From: Octopus sinensis
Lineage: Eukaryota
Direction of reading: 5' to 3'
DNA: 64,000 nt
Assembly: GCF_006345805.1 (NCBI RefSeq)
Contig: NC_043009.1
Location: 7,068,001 to 7,132,000, forward strand
A model generated the notes under the pieces. The model made no database searches. It was given only the letters and a program-made list of their open reading frames with translations, and was not told where the DNA came from. Shown piece after piece: positions 1-13,778 of this stretch; positions within the stretch are counted from its first letter, which is position 1, and each line of letters opens with the position of its first letter. The position numbers and the translations under genes are program-made.

Positions 1-92
1 CTAAAACAGATTCAGACAGAAATTGGAGGATGGGATTACTCGATGAAGCTAACCCTGGTATTTTATCTCATCAGTTTCGGAATTATAAAAAA

Positions 93-397
93 CTAGCTGA
101 ATGACCCAGCGTTGCTCGGGTTACTGATGTCCTTATTCAAGTTAATAAATAATAAATATAAATAGATATTTTCATAATTATTTCAAAATATCTATATTTT
201 ATTAAAAGTTGTCCAAATCGTAATGATAATAGAATTTCGAACTGAAAAATCTGTCAATCTTGATGCACGTTAGGGCAAACAATATTCCTTCTGTAATATT
301 TTGGTGGTATCGAATTAAACAGATTGTTACTGCTTCCAACTCACGAGCAAGCAACATAGAGCTAGCCGTGGGAGAAACCTGTAGTAGAGAGATCAAG
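93..397 (-). mobile_element. Helitron 3' end with Pif1-helicase C-terminal remnant
   Basis: Minus strand ends ...cagCTAG|T (CTAG 93-96), preceded by a GC hairpin at 104-121 (acccagc-gtt-gct(c)gggt). Minus translation from 397 gives LDLSTTGFSHG*LYVACS*VGSSNNLF, matching the Helitron helicase motif FSHGQLYVACSRV; each stop is a single C>T change. Confidence 0.88.
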
Positions 398-479
398 TGT
401 GTGTGTGTCAGTCTCACGAAAATGTATGCATACCACACATACTTCTCAGTCATCAGCCTAACGTACGTAACGAACGTAG

Positions 480-521
<42 letters not shown>

Positions 522-788
522 ATGAATATATACGTGTAGATGTGTGTGTGTGTATGTATGTGTTTGTGTGTGTGTGTGTGTTTGTGTTTAATTGTCTAAG
601 GCCTAACGTACAAAATACCACCAAGAGGTTTGTTTGACGTCCTTTTGTTTCTGATGACAACACGACTTTAGTAACAATAACCATGACAACACTAGAACAG
701 GCACTACGTCGGTTACGACGATGACTGTTCCAGTTGATCCGATCAATGGAACAGCCTGCTCGTGAAATTAACGTGCATGTGGCTAAAC

Positions 789-1410
789 TACCTTGAGGGA
801 TTGACCCTGGGATTTACTAATTGAAATGCCAAAACGTAGATTCAATGGAAACTGAAGCTTCTTTATTCAAATGGAACATCTGTAAGTAGGAATGGAATTT
901 TTGGAATAAAGACATTTTCGCCTTTATGACTACATGTTATGATTTTTGTCTCTAACACATGGAGCACAGTATGGAGATGAACATAAGTTTTAGCCGTTAA
1001 CATTTTTTGATTGTTACGAATGTAGAGGAGACACTCATTCTCAACCTTTGCATACATATCAACCAGGTGTGGCTGAAATGGATCCCGAAACGTGTGTAAT
1101 TGATTTGATTTTTCTAGTCTTAAATAACAGTTGGTAAGAACAGAAGTCGTTTGACGACACCTTTTTTGTTTGTAATTGGCTCTCCTGTTGCAGGTTCAAT
1201 CTGTGGAATATTGAAATGATACTCACCTTGTCCATTCCACAAAATAAGAAGAAACTGAAGGGCATCATAAGAAGGATGAGACTCTGAAACACGTTTAAGG
1301 TTGTTATGCCGAGCGGGAATGAGAATATCACGATTTTCATGGGGATCACCTACCTACCATATGGATGACTACTTCATTAGATGTGGGGTCCTTAAAACAA
1401 CGTAAAATAT
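789..1410 (-). pseudogene. Internally deleted Helitron RepHel fragment, copy 1
   Basis: Frameshifted minus-strand peptides PTSNEVV, RDILIPARHNNLKRVSESHPSYDALQF, KKVSSNDFCSYQL and MYAKVENECLLYIRNNQKML (Rep side) are fused directly to VLETKIITCSHKGENVFIPKIP..DVPFE/KKLQFPLNLRFGISISKSQGQSLKV (Pif1 helicase side). Confidence 0.85.
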
Positions 1411-1762
1411 CCTTTAGTTTAGTTTACTATACGTGTAACGAACGCGGAAACACACACACAACACACACACACACACCACACACACACACACACGTATGAA
1501 TATATACGTGTAGATGTGTGTGTGTGTATGTATGTGTTTGTGTGTGTGTGTGTGTTTGTGTTTAATTGTCTAAGGCCTAACGTACAAAATACCACCAAGA
1601 GGTTTGTTTGACGTCCTTTTGTTTCTGATGACAACACGACTTTAGTAACAATAACCATGACAACACTAGAACAGGCACTACGTCGGTTACGACGATGACT
1701 GTTCCAGTTGATCCGATCAATGGAACAGCCTGCTCGTGAAATTAACGTGCATGTGGCTAAAC

Positions 1763-2384
1763 TACCTTGAGGGATTGACCCTGGGATTTACTAATTGAAA
1801 TGCCAAAACGTAGATTCAATGGAAACTGAAGCTTCTTTATTCAAATGGAACATCTGTAAGTAGGAATGGAATTTTTGGAATAAAGACATTTTCGCCTTTA
1901 TGACTACATGTTATGATTTTTGTCTCTAACACATGGAGCACAGTATGGAGATGAACATAAGTTTTAGCCGTTAACATTTTTTGATTGTTACGAATGTAGA
2001 GGAGACACTCATTCTCAACCTTTGCATACATATCAACCAGGTGTGGCTGAAATGGATCCCGAAACGTGTGTAATTGATTTGATTTTTCTAGTCTTAAATA
2101 ACAGTTGGTAAGAACAGAAGTCGTTTGACGACACCTTTTTTGTTTGTAATTGGCTCTCCTGTTGCAGGTTCAATCTGTGGAATATTGAAATGATACTCAC
2201 CTTGTCCATTCCACAAAATAAGAAGAAACTGAAGGGCATCATAAGAAGGATGAGACTCTGAAACACGTTTAAGGTTGTTATGCCGAGCGGGAATGAGAAT
2301 ATCACGATTTTCATGGGGATCACCTACCTACCATATGGATGACTACTTCATTAGATGTGGGGTCCTTAAAACAACGTAAAATAT
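1763..2384 (-). pseudogene. Internally deleted Helitron RepHel fragment, copy 2
   Basis: Essentially identical to 789-1410 at +974 (ORFs 863/1837 and 1059/2033 translate identically). Confidence 0.85.
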
Positions 2385-2493
2385 CCTTTAGTTTAGTTTA
2401 CTATACGTGTAACGAACGCGGAAACACACACACACACACACATACACACACACACACACACACCTCACAGACACATACACACTCATACATATA

Positions 2494-2547
<54 letters not shown>

Positions 2548-3017
2548 GTGTGTGTGTAGATGTGTGTACGTGTGTGTGTTTGTCTGAGGCCTAACGTATA
2601 AAATTATCGCACATACACTCGCACAAACATTCACTCTGACATACAGTTACATGCATATACTAAGAGAGACACACACAGACATACATTCACGCACACCTCA
2701 AGCCTATCACTGTCCCTCTGTGTGTGTGTGCGTCTCTCTCTTTAGATGCGTGTGTGTGAGTGTGTGTATGTGCGCATGTGTGTGTGTGTCAGTCTCACGA
2801 AAATGTATGCATACCACACATACTTCTCAGTCATCGGCCTTACGTACGTAACGAACGTGCAAACACACATACACATATGAATATATACGTGTAGATGTGT
2901 GTGTGTGTGCGTGTGTGTGTGTTTAATTGTCTAAGACCTAACGTACAAAACACCACCAAGAAGTTTGTTTGACGTCCTTTTGGTTCTGATGACAACCAGC
3001 TTTGACAACACCAGAAC

Positions 3018-3342
3018 AGGCACTCCGTCGGTTACGACGATGAGTGTTCCAGTTGATCCGATCAACGGAACAGATTGCTCGTGAAATTAACGTGCATGTG
3101 GCTAAGCACTCCACAGAACCACGTAACCTTAACGTAGTTCTCAGGGAGGTCCAGCGTGACACAGGATGTGATAAGGCTGGGTTTTTCAAATACAGGTACT
3201 ACTCATTTTGTCAGGTAGGTGGAGTGTGGCAACATGAAATAAAATGTTTTGTTTAAGGATACGACGCATCACCGTGAATCGAACTCATAACCTTACGATC
3301 AGGAGCCGAATACTCCTAACCACTAAACCCCATGCCTTCACA
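3018..3342 (-). mobile_element. tRNA-derived SINE (family C tail, alternative head)
   Basis: Shares the tail gcactccgtcggttacgacga...gaaattaacgtgca with 28547-28932; minus-strand head carries A-box-like tagtggttagg and B-box gagttcgattc. Confidence 0.75.
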
Positions 3343-3691
3343 TTGCATGACAACACTAATAGTTTCTAAATTGGACACAAATCCACCAATTTTAAGAGAA
3401 GGTTTCAGACGATAGCATCAACCGCCAGTACTAACGGGGACATCGTTTTAGCAACTCCGAATTAGAAAGAAGCGGAGTTCGAACTCAGAATGTAAAGTCT
3501 CGGAACAAACACCGTAAGACATATTCTACAACTTCATATCGACCTTGAAACGAAAAGATGCTAATGTTACCTCGGTGACATTTGACCTGCGATCGTAAAG
3601 GAAGGGGATGACCTTTACCCCAAAGTATCCTTACGGATGCTCTAACGATTGCTTTATAATTATCCCCATTTCTGTTTTGATACGTACATGT

Positions 3692-4200
3692 ATTCTTTTA
3701 TTCTTTTATTCTTTTATTTGTTACAGTCATTTCAATGCAGCCATGCTGGAGCACCGCCTTTAGTTGAGTAAAGTCGACCTCGGCGGAATTTGAACTCAGA
3801 ACGTAGCGGCAGACGAAATACCACTAAGCATTTCACCCGGCGTGCTAACGATTCTGCCAGTTCGCCGCCTTTTAATTTCTACTCATTCAATCGACCCCAA
3901 AATGATGAAATGTATTTGAACTCCGAACGTAAACATAGACGAATCGCCGAAATGCCAGTTCACCGCATTAACCAAATTATAATAATGGTTTTAAAATTTG
4001 ACAAAAGGCCACCAATTTCGGAATAGTGGGTAAGCCATTAACATCGGCCTCACTGCTCCAATGGCACTTATTTCATCGAGTTCGAAAGGATGAAATGCAA
4101 TGTCGAATTTGGCAGAATTTGAACTCAGAAATTAAAAGTGGACTAAATGCCGCAAAGCATAATTTTCCAGCGTGCTAACGATACTGCTTGCTCACCACCT
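3692..4200 (-). mobile_element. Cluster of SINE fragments (family B 3' end, family A 5' half, degenerate family A)
   Basis: gcagccatgctggagcaccgcc (family B tail) joined to gtcgacctcggcggaatttgaactcagaacg...ctgccagttcgccgcc (family A head). Confidence 0.75.
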
Positions 4201-4734
4201 GCAACAAATTTTAATGATGATAATCATGAAAATAAAAATGATGTAGAAGAAATGAAAATAAAGAATAATCGCCGTATGTTAACTAAAAGGACCTTAGTTA
4301 TCATATTATATCAGTGTTCTCATCTACGCCGGCCACTTACCCAACACAATCATGACTACTGACAACGTTAGCCAATGAAATGTATCGGTATTATCATCAA
4401 TACGATCAAACTGTTCTCCTATCATACCCGATATATCCGGGCCCCTCACGAATTATGCATCCACCCTCTATTCATAACTACCTAACAAACGAACATAACA
4501 ACCATTCTCCTAGTGGTGTATCTTACACTTTTCTACCTTGGTTCAGTGAACGACGTGCAATGCATAAATAAATCATACGGTCATTTAACACGGATAAACC
4601 GGTAGCAATCAAACTGCGTCATTTGGAAAAGAAAAAAATATGGCGTACAATAAATTTATAAAATTTGCTTCTAATTTCTTTGACGCCGTTAGACAGCAAT
4701 GCCCACCACACACATATGTACATATATTATGTAA

Positions 4735-4806
4735 ATATATAGGCACTTAAAATATTATATACATATATACATGCATACATACATATATATATATATATAA
4801 CATATA

Positions 4807-4890
<84 letters not shown>
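4735..4890. repeat. (TA)n microsatellite
   Basis: Direct reading. Confidence 0.95.
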
Positions 4891-4891
<1 letters not shown>

Positions 4892-5022
4892 TTTATTTAA
4901 AGCACCAGAAAATTCAACAATTTTGTTGAATTTTCTGCTGCTTTAAATAAAGCATATTACTCTCCCACTGGTATTTGAGTACTCATTTTCCCACCTTGTT
5001 TCACATTTATGTGTTTACTCCG
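4891..5022 (+). mobile_element. Short TA-embedded element beginning with a 62-bp palindrome
   Basis: ctttatttaaagcaccagaaaattcaacaa-tt-ttgttgaattttctgctgctttaaataaag (30-bp arms, 1 mismatch), then a unique tail ending in (TA)n. Confidence 0.55.
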
Positions 5023-5034
5023 GTATATATATAC

Positions 5035-5190
5035 ACTTTGGGTTTTTGCTGAATTTTTTCTTGAGAACACATTCTTCGTGGAAAATGACGATTTTGACGT
5101 CTATTTCTAGCATACAGGCTGTCTACTGTTAGTGATCAGTCCTCTAAATTTTGCATGTATAAAATTTCTACCCTTATTTAATTTTATTTA
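5035..5190 (+). mobile_element. TA-associated interspersed repeat (same family as 18510-18656 and 18803-18865)
   Basis: ttgacgtctatttctagcat...agtgatcagtcctctaaattttgcat...atttctacccttatttaattttat is shared with the 18.5-18.9 kb copies. Confidence 0.65.
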
Positions 5191-5731
5191 TACATATATA
5201 TATATATACACACACACATATATATATCGACACACTCGCACGCATATATATGTATATATATATATATACACACGCTTATATATACACACATACATACACA
5301 TGTTTGTATACGAATCCGTGTATATAATATATGTATTATGTATGCATATATATTTGTGTGCGTGTGTGTGTTTGCATTTATATATAAATGTGTGCGTGTG
5401 TGTGTATATATGTATGCATGTATGTGTGTTTGAGGAGGTACTGTTTCTGTGTATAAAGTGCGTGATAAATAAGAGAATGCACGCCGTGTGCGCAGTCACA
5501 GGGTCAGATATATATTTGCGTCCACGTTATACAGAGAACCATGGGGCCATACATTCCATGTATATTTTTCAGCGAAATTTCCGGTTACCATCACAGACTT
5601 ACAAACAATAACATACACAAACAGATACAGACAAGCGTGCATGCCTAAATTAATACATCTGTTTGTTGTTTACACACCTGTCTTCGACCTTTGTTTTTGT
5701 TGTAAATTTTCACTATTTTTATATATATATA

Positions 5732-5780
<49 letters not shown>

Positions 5781-5782
5781 AT

Positions 5783-5925
5783 CCTGTACCTGTATTTCAA
5801 AGAATCAGCCTTGTCACATTCTGTGTCTGTGGAGAGCCCAACCACCTGCACGTTAATTTCACGAGGAGGCTGTTCCGTTGATCGGATCAACTACAACCCA
5901 CTTCGCCGCAACCGACGGAGTACCA
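5783..5925 (+). mobile_element. SINE family C 3' fragment
   Basis: gtacctgtatttcaaag...gcacgttaatttcacgag...gttccgttgatcggatcaac...ccgacggagt. Confidence 0.75.
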
Positions 5926-6305
5926 CGACAGTTACCTGTATATCATTTGATTATTTAAGTAAATTTAATATTTGTTTAATGTACATTGTTTAATATACAT
6001 TGTTTAATGTCTATTTTGTTGGCCGAGGTGAGAACGCTTTGTTCAGAAATAGTCAGTTACCGACACAATTTTTTGAACCAACTCTCCGGAGAATCGATGC
6101 TATACCTGTATCGTAAATGCATTGTGTATGTATGTATGTATGTATGTATGTATATATATATATATATAATATATATATATATACAGAGAGAGAGAGAGAA
6201 CGAGAGGGGGAGAGAGAAAATGAGACAGAGTGAGTGAGAAAGAGGACGTACATATGGTCATACCTATAAATATACACGAGCGCGTATATATATATATTAT
6301 ATATA

Positions 6306-6341
<36 letters not shown>

Positions 6342-7030
6342 TGTATGTATGTATGTATGCATGAGTGAGTATACGTATATGTATGAGAGTGTATATCTAC
6401 ATACATGTATGAGTGTGTATATATGTATGTGTGTGTATGGTTGCTTTTCTGTTTGTATCGCTGCTCGCGTGTTTGTGCGTGTGTGTGTAGTATATATGAA
6501 CATTTGCAACTGATCGGAATACATGCAAAAATATTCAGCCAAAGTAATCCGTGTCACACGAATATGCATATTATATGCAATAATAGCAGTTTTGCCAATT
6601 AATATATATATATATATATTATATATATATATTATATTATATATAATATAATATATATATATATAGGTGTATATTCATTGAATCAATACAGAGTGTTCAT
6701 TATTCCAAATTAAAACTAAATTAATGCCATCTATTATACATGGCAATATATTACACACAATATATATTTGGAATTACGAATATTAATTTTAAAATACATA
6801 TCGCTTTTACCCTATGCATACACACATATATGTATGTATAAACAGGCTTAAATATATATGTGTGTGTATGTATAAGAGTGTATGCTGTATGTGCTTTGGG
6901 TTTTGGGGTTTTTTTTTGTACACTCATCTATAAAAATGATTTTGGAAGGAAAATTTGAGTGTGGCTGTGAAGTCCGTAATCGAGAGACCTGCCAGATGAG
7001 GGTTTTTCATTCGGCATATTCACAGATATA

Positions 7031-7820
7031 TAAGGCGGCGAGCTGGCAGAAACGTTAGCACGCCGGGCGAAATGCTTAGCAGTATTTGGTCTGCCATTAC
7101 GTTCTGAGTTCAAATTCCGCCAGGTAGACTGTACCTTTCATCCTTTCGGGTTCGATAAGTTAAGTACCATTCTGTATTGATTCAATGAATATACACCTAT
7201 ATATATATATATTAATTACGCACTGCGGTCGATGTAATCCACTTAATCCGTTTCTCTGTTCTTGTTTGTCTTCTCTGTATTTAGCCCCTTGTGGGCAGTA
7301 AAAATATAGGTATTTCTTCTTCCGATACGTTTAGAGTTCAAATTCCGCTGAGGTCGACTTTACCTTTCATCCTTTCGGAGTCGATTAAATAAGTACCGGT
7401 TAAGCACTGAGGTCGATATAATCGGCTTAACCCGTTTGTCTGTCCTTATTTGTACCCTCTGTGTTTAGCCCCTTGTGGGTACTAAAGAAATTGGTACTTC
7501 ATCTGTCGTTATGTTCTAAGTTCAAATTTCGCCAAGGTCGACTTTGCCTTTCAACCTTTTGGAGTCGATAAATTAAGTACCAGTTGTGTTCTGTATAAAT
7601 TAAGTACCAGTTGTGTTCTGGATAAATTAAGTACCAGTTGTGTTCTGGATAAATTAAGTACCAGTTGTGTTCTGTATAAATTAAGTACCAGTTGTGTTCT
7701 GGATAAATTAAGTACCAGTTGTGTTCTGGATAAATGAAGTAACAGTTGCGTGCTGGGGTCGATCTATCCGACTGGTCCCCTCCCCAAATGTTTCGCGCCT
7801 TAAGCCTAGAGTAGAAAAAA
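7031..7820 (+). mobile_element. SINE family A multimer (tRNA-like head, Meta-domain-like core)
   Basis: Head taaggcggcgagctggcagaaacgttagc, B-box gagttcaaattcc, and core gtcgactttgcctttcatcctttcggggtcgataaattaagtaccag repeated in three head-to-tail units. Confidence 0.85.
7567..7755 (+). repeat. 27-bp minisatellite x7 expanded from the SINE core
   Basis: Unit (g/t)ataaattaagtaccagttgtgttctg with no spacers; the last copy is diverged. Confidence 0.92.
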
Positions 7821-8999
7821 TATTCTTAGATGTGTATGACATGACGTTCTCTGTTTATATTTGGTGGCATTTCTCCAAATTTGTTAAGATAACTTCAAAT
7901 AAATATTCAAATTTAGGCCACAGATTATTCGGGCTAATATGTTATGAACTGGTGTAGATGAAGCATCGGAATACAATTCCATGTAATATTTACTTCGTAA
8001 CCCTGCAACGTGTGTTCAAATCGCATTGAAGTCATCCCGCACTATTTCTCGTTTTGTATTCATTAAAACAAATCCCGATGAAAGTGATGCATCGACCGAA
8101 CTGTAAGAATGCCGGATCTTGAATTATTTGACTTGAATTATTTGTTCCAGATTCGATTTCTTTTCCTTTTCTTTTTGCCTTTTGTGTTCAAACCCTTCGA
8201 TTACTCGTTGAATGATACAGTTACTTCCTCGTCCAGTTTAACGCCCTTATCTGGCACCTCACGCGCCTTTATCAAGGTTCACTTTATTGTAAGCATTCAG
8301 TTTAGGACTTCGTTTAAAGTATACCTTCATCCTCCACTTCCAAAGATAGCAGAGACCTCGTAAATGATCATAAGCACTACTTTCGCGCCAGACTACAATT
8401 GTATCCTATAAATCGCGCCTCAGTATTTGGCTATGTATAAAAGGGTATACTAACAGAGCCGATAGAGAGTTTGATAACGTACCTTACTATATGTTTTTCC
8501 TCTCTCTATGCTATTCCAGTGGCACATGTGACCCAAGATAGATTTTGTCTTTTATCATTCGGGTTTACAAATAAATAACAGTCCAGTACTGCCGTCGAAA
8601 CTTTAGAAGTGTAAATAAACCCCGCAGCATCTCTTTGTTAATCGCATATTTCTAGATTCAGACCTAGAAAAGGACGTGCTACGGTTTGTTTCAAATGACA
8701 AAAGCACACTGTATGATACGACTACAACCCTAAGACACCACCACGTTTCGAGAGCCCAACGTTCCGGAATCAACAAAATAAACTACGAGTAAAATGGCGT
8801 AGTATCTTTAACCTGGAAATCCCTTTCAGCCTATCAAGTCTTGCGCTTTTCTAACGAAAAACATGCATGCTTGCACAGATAATATATACATACAAATATA
8901 TATATATATCGATATACACATACATACAAATATACAAACATATCCACACACACGGGCGCGTGCGCAAACTCACACATATATGCATTTGTGTGTACGTTT

Positions 9000-9420
9000 A
9001 GCTGTTTCGGATGTAGCTTTCTTACGAACCACATGGTTCCGGGTTCAGTCCCACTGCATGGCACCTTGGGAAAGTGTCTTCTACTCTAGCATTGGGCCAA
9101 CCAAAGCCTTGTGAGTGGATTTAGTAGACGGAAACTGAAAGAAGCCCGTCGTGTATATATGTATATATATATATATATGTATATATGTCTGTTTGTGTAT
9201 ATGTTTCTGTGTCTGTGTTTGTCCACGCAACATCGCTTGACAACCGATGCTGGTGTGTTTACGTCCCCGTCACTTAGCGGTTTGGCAAAACAGACTGATA
9301 CAATAAGTACTAGGCTTACAAAGAATAAGTCCTGGGGCCGATTTGCTCGACTAAAGGCGGTCCTCCAGCATGGCCGCAGCCAAGTGACTGAAACAAGTAA
9401 AAGTAAAAGAGTAAAAGAGT
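9000..9420 (+). mobile_element. SINE family B (CORE-like)
   Basis: ccacatggttccgggttcagtcccactgc..gcaccttggg..gtgtcttctact; tail ctccagcatggccgcag..tgactgaaacaagtaaaag. Confidence 0.85.
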
Positions 9421-9489
9421 ATATACATACGTATATATATATATATCTATGTATAATACACACACACTCACATATATTATGTATTTTTG

Positions 9490-9801
9490 TAAGCTTAGTA
9501 CTTAATTTATCGGTCTCTTTTTGCCGAACCACTAAGTTACGGGGACGTAAACACAACAGCATCGGTTGTCAAGCGATGTTGGGGGGACAAACACAGACAC
9601 ACAAAACGCACATACACATATATGTATATACGATATACGACGGGCTTCTTTCAGCTTCCGTGTACCAAATCCACTCACAAGGCTTTGGTCGGCCCGAGGC
9701 TATAGTAGAAGACACCTACCCAAGGTGCCACGCAGTGGGACTGAACCCGGAACCATGTGGTTGGTAAAACAGCTATTTACCACACAGCCACTCTTGCGCC
9801 T
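9490..9801 (-). mobile_element. SINE family B, inverted relative to its neighbour
   Basis: Reverse complement of the same consensus, ending at the head ...accacacagccactcttgcgcc. Confidence 0.85.
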
Positions 9802-9824
9802 ATGTATATGGTGTATATATATAC

Positions 9825-9869
<45 letters not shown>

Positions 9870-10346
9870 TATGTGTATATATATATATATACATATATAT
9901 GGTATATATATATATATATATATAATATGTGTATATATATAATATACATATATATGTGTATATATATATATCTTATATATACATATATATGTGTATATAT
10001 ATACTATACATATATATGTATATATATTATATATATACAATAAGTGTATATATATATATACATAATATGTTTGTATATATATATATATACATATATATGT
10101 GTATATATATTATCATATATATACATATATATGTGTATATATATATACAGATATATACATATATATGTGGATATATATACATAATATATATATGTGTATA
10201 TATATATACATATCTATATATAATATGTGTATATATATATACATATATATACATATATATGTGTATATATATATACATATATATATATACATATATATGT
10301 GTATATATATCCATATATATATATATATATAATATACATATATATA

Positions 10347-10385
<39 letters not shown>

Positions 10386-11085
10386 CTATATACGTACATA
10401 CATCTAGAATGTCTATGTATCATGTTCATATACACCCGAATATGAGTGTATAAGTTTCGTTATAAAAAGACAACGTGCGATAAGGTTGTTTTCCAGTCAG
10501 TACTATGTGATCGCATGAATCTACGCATGTATGTGTATCCGATAGAATATATAATGTATGTATGTATACATGCGTGTATATATTGTATATACGTACATTT
10601 GTGTGTGCATGTGTTCGAAGATTACAAATACGTTACTCAACGGGTATTTGGCCCCATTTGCTTTGTATGTGTCAATGATGATTCGATGCATGTTTTACAT
10701 GTGTGTCCATGTGAACAAATAAGTGTGTGTGTGTAGGTGTGCGTGCGTGCGTGTGTGTGGAGGTGGTTAGCAATGGTGACAGCGTTTATGATAGGCCCAG
10801 CACAAATGCCTTGTATCTCGGATTCATTTCCAGCTAATTGACATGAGAATCAGTTGCTCACACACACACACACACACACACACGCACAGTCACATCATCA
10901 CAAGCACACACGCAAACACACACAAATACAGACACACGCTCACATACACTTAAATAGTCACACTCACACATCCATTCGTAAAATTACACACGCGCACACA
11001 CTCAAATACAAACATATACATATAATCACCCACAGAAATACATACTCTTACACAAAAATGCTCACACACATACATATACACGCTG

Positions 11086-11121
<36 letters not shown>

Positions 11122-11736
11122 ACACACAGAAATATGTGCACAGAAACACACACATATACATGCATTTAATCATAGACATATACATGCACAGAAATACACC
11201 TGGAAACACACACACACTCACACACACATACATATATATTTAAAAACATTCATGCATATTGTACGCACAAGAACACTTATATAGAAATACACATACAATT
11301 ATATATATATATATATATATATATATCTATATTATAGATATATATACCACACACAACACGCACATCCGTACTCATACACTTACGATACAAGCAGGCAACA
11401 TGCACAAACACACACGCACGCAATATGCGAAGAGACACACGTATTGATCATGCGCGTGCACGGAAACACACAGGGACACATTATGCGCGCGCACAGGAAT
11501 ATACGTCCTTAGAGAGATATTACAGAAACACATACACACGAACACACAAACACACACACACACACGAACAGACACATACGCACATACACAAACAAAACAC
11601 GCATACAACACATTCACGCATATTCTCACATAGAAATATACAAGCAATCACATTTGCTTACATACAAAGTACATACATATGCATACATATATGTATATAT
11701 GTATATATATTATACATATATATATATATATATTTA

Positions 11737-11767
<31 letters not shown>

Positions 11768-11844
11768 CTAGTATATATATATATATACATATCTAATATA
11801 TTCTATTATATATATATATATTATATAATTTATATATATATATC

Positions 11845-11876
<32 letters not shown>

Positions 11877-11906
11877 TATAATATATATATATATACATAT
11901 ACATAT

Positions 11907-11942
<36 letters not shown>

Positions 11943-12545
11943 CATATATACCTACATATATACATACAATATATACATATGTTACATATATATATACATA
12001 TATATATAACTACATATATTATATACGTATATATATACATATATTATATACATATATATATATGACATATATATATATACATATTAATATCATACATATA
12101 TATACAATATATATATATTCTATATATATTATACATATATATATATACATATATATATCTAATATATATATATATATATACCTATAAATACATATATATA
12201 TATAATCATATATATATACATATATATATATATACATAATATACATATATATATATACATATATATATATATACATATATATACATATAGATATATACAT
12301 ATATATATATTACATATATATATATACATATATATATAACATATATCTATATATACATATATATATATACATATATATATAACATATATATATATACATA
12401 TATATATACATATATATATTATGTACATATATATATACATATATATATATACATATATATATATACATATATATAATATAATTATATATATATATACATA
12501 TATATATACATATATATATACTATATATACATTATATATATATAC

Positions 12546-12576
<31 letters not shown>

Positions 12577-12730
12577 CATATATATATATATACACATATA
12601 TTATATACATATATATATATACATATATATATATATAATATATATATACATATATATTATATCTACATATATATATATACATATATATATATATACATAT
12701 ATATATATATTATATATATCATATATTATC

Positions 12731-12778
<48 letters not shown>

Positions 12779-13273
12779 ATACGTATGCGCCTAGATTCAA
12801 ACACCCAACAATCCCTCCATGGTTGCGTCCATCAATCCCTCCATCCGTCTCTACATCCATCCACGAGTGTATACATGTATACATACACACATACATACAT
12901 ACACATACATCATATATGGTTTCATACTCATGTACTAACACGTGTATACACGTATGCTTGACCACTTACATGCACACACACACATACACACACACACATA
13001 CACACATACACACATACATATGGAATATATATATATATGTGTATATATATATATATATACAGGAATAACCACATACAGTCACGCATATATTCACAACAAT
13101 TCTCACGTATTCACTCACACATACATGCAAAGGGACACTTACACACGTTTACATACTCGCATATGAATGTAGATCCACTCCAACACATATGCATACAACC
13201 ATACGACACACACATACGCACACGCGCACACACAGGCACGGACGCACAAACACCTATATATATGATATATATT

Positions 13274-13304
<31 letters not shown>

Positions 13305-13445
13305 TATAAGCGTACAGGCATCCATGAACACACATGTGCGCTATACGCATCTACCAACGACAGTCACAGAAATATATACACACATATATATTACGGATAA
13401 CCGCGTCCACACATACACACATACACACACATATATATGTGTGTG

Positions 13446-13510
<65 letters not shown>

Positions 13511-13649
13511 ATTTATATATATATATTATACATATATATCTATATATTTATATTATATATATATATAATTTATATATATATATATATATATTTATTATAT
13601 ATATATATATTTATATATATATATATATATATTTTTATATATATATATA

Positions 13650-13700
<51 letters not shown>

Positions 13701-13740
13701 TATTTATATATATATATATATTATATATATATATATATAA
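9802..13740. repeat. Large compound (TA)n/(CA)n/(TACA)n low-complexity field
   Basis: Degenerate TA tracts at ~9800-10380, 11690-12780 and 13440-13740, interleaved with CA-rich sequence. Confidence 0.93.
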
Positions 13741-13778
13741 ACACTGTAATTGCATACATACATATGCACAGATAGTCA

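Larger units (their letters stand above)
463..2420. repeat. ~974-bp tandem duplication (microsatellite module + SINE tail + Helitron fragment)
   Basis: Two near-identical units; partial or diverged copies of the module recur at ~2410-2600 and ~2775-3105. Confidence 0.92.

Noticed and set aside
7567-7755. CRISPR-like 27-bp repeats
   Set aside because: No spacers, eukaryotic context, and the unit is SINE core sequence.
8150-8720. Possible decayed LINE ORF1 on the minus strand
   Set aside because: Only a vague zinc-knuckle-like remnant (LCYL); too degenerate to support.
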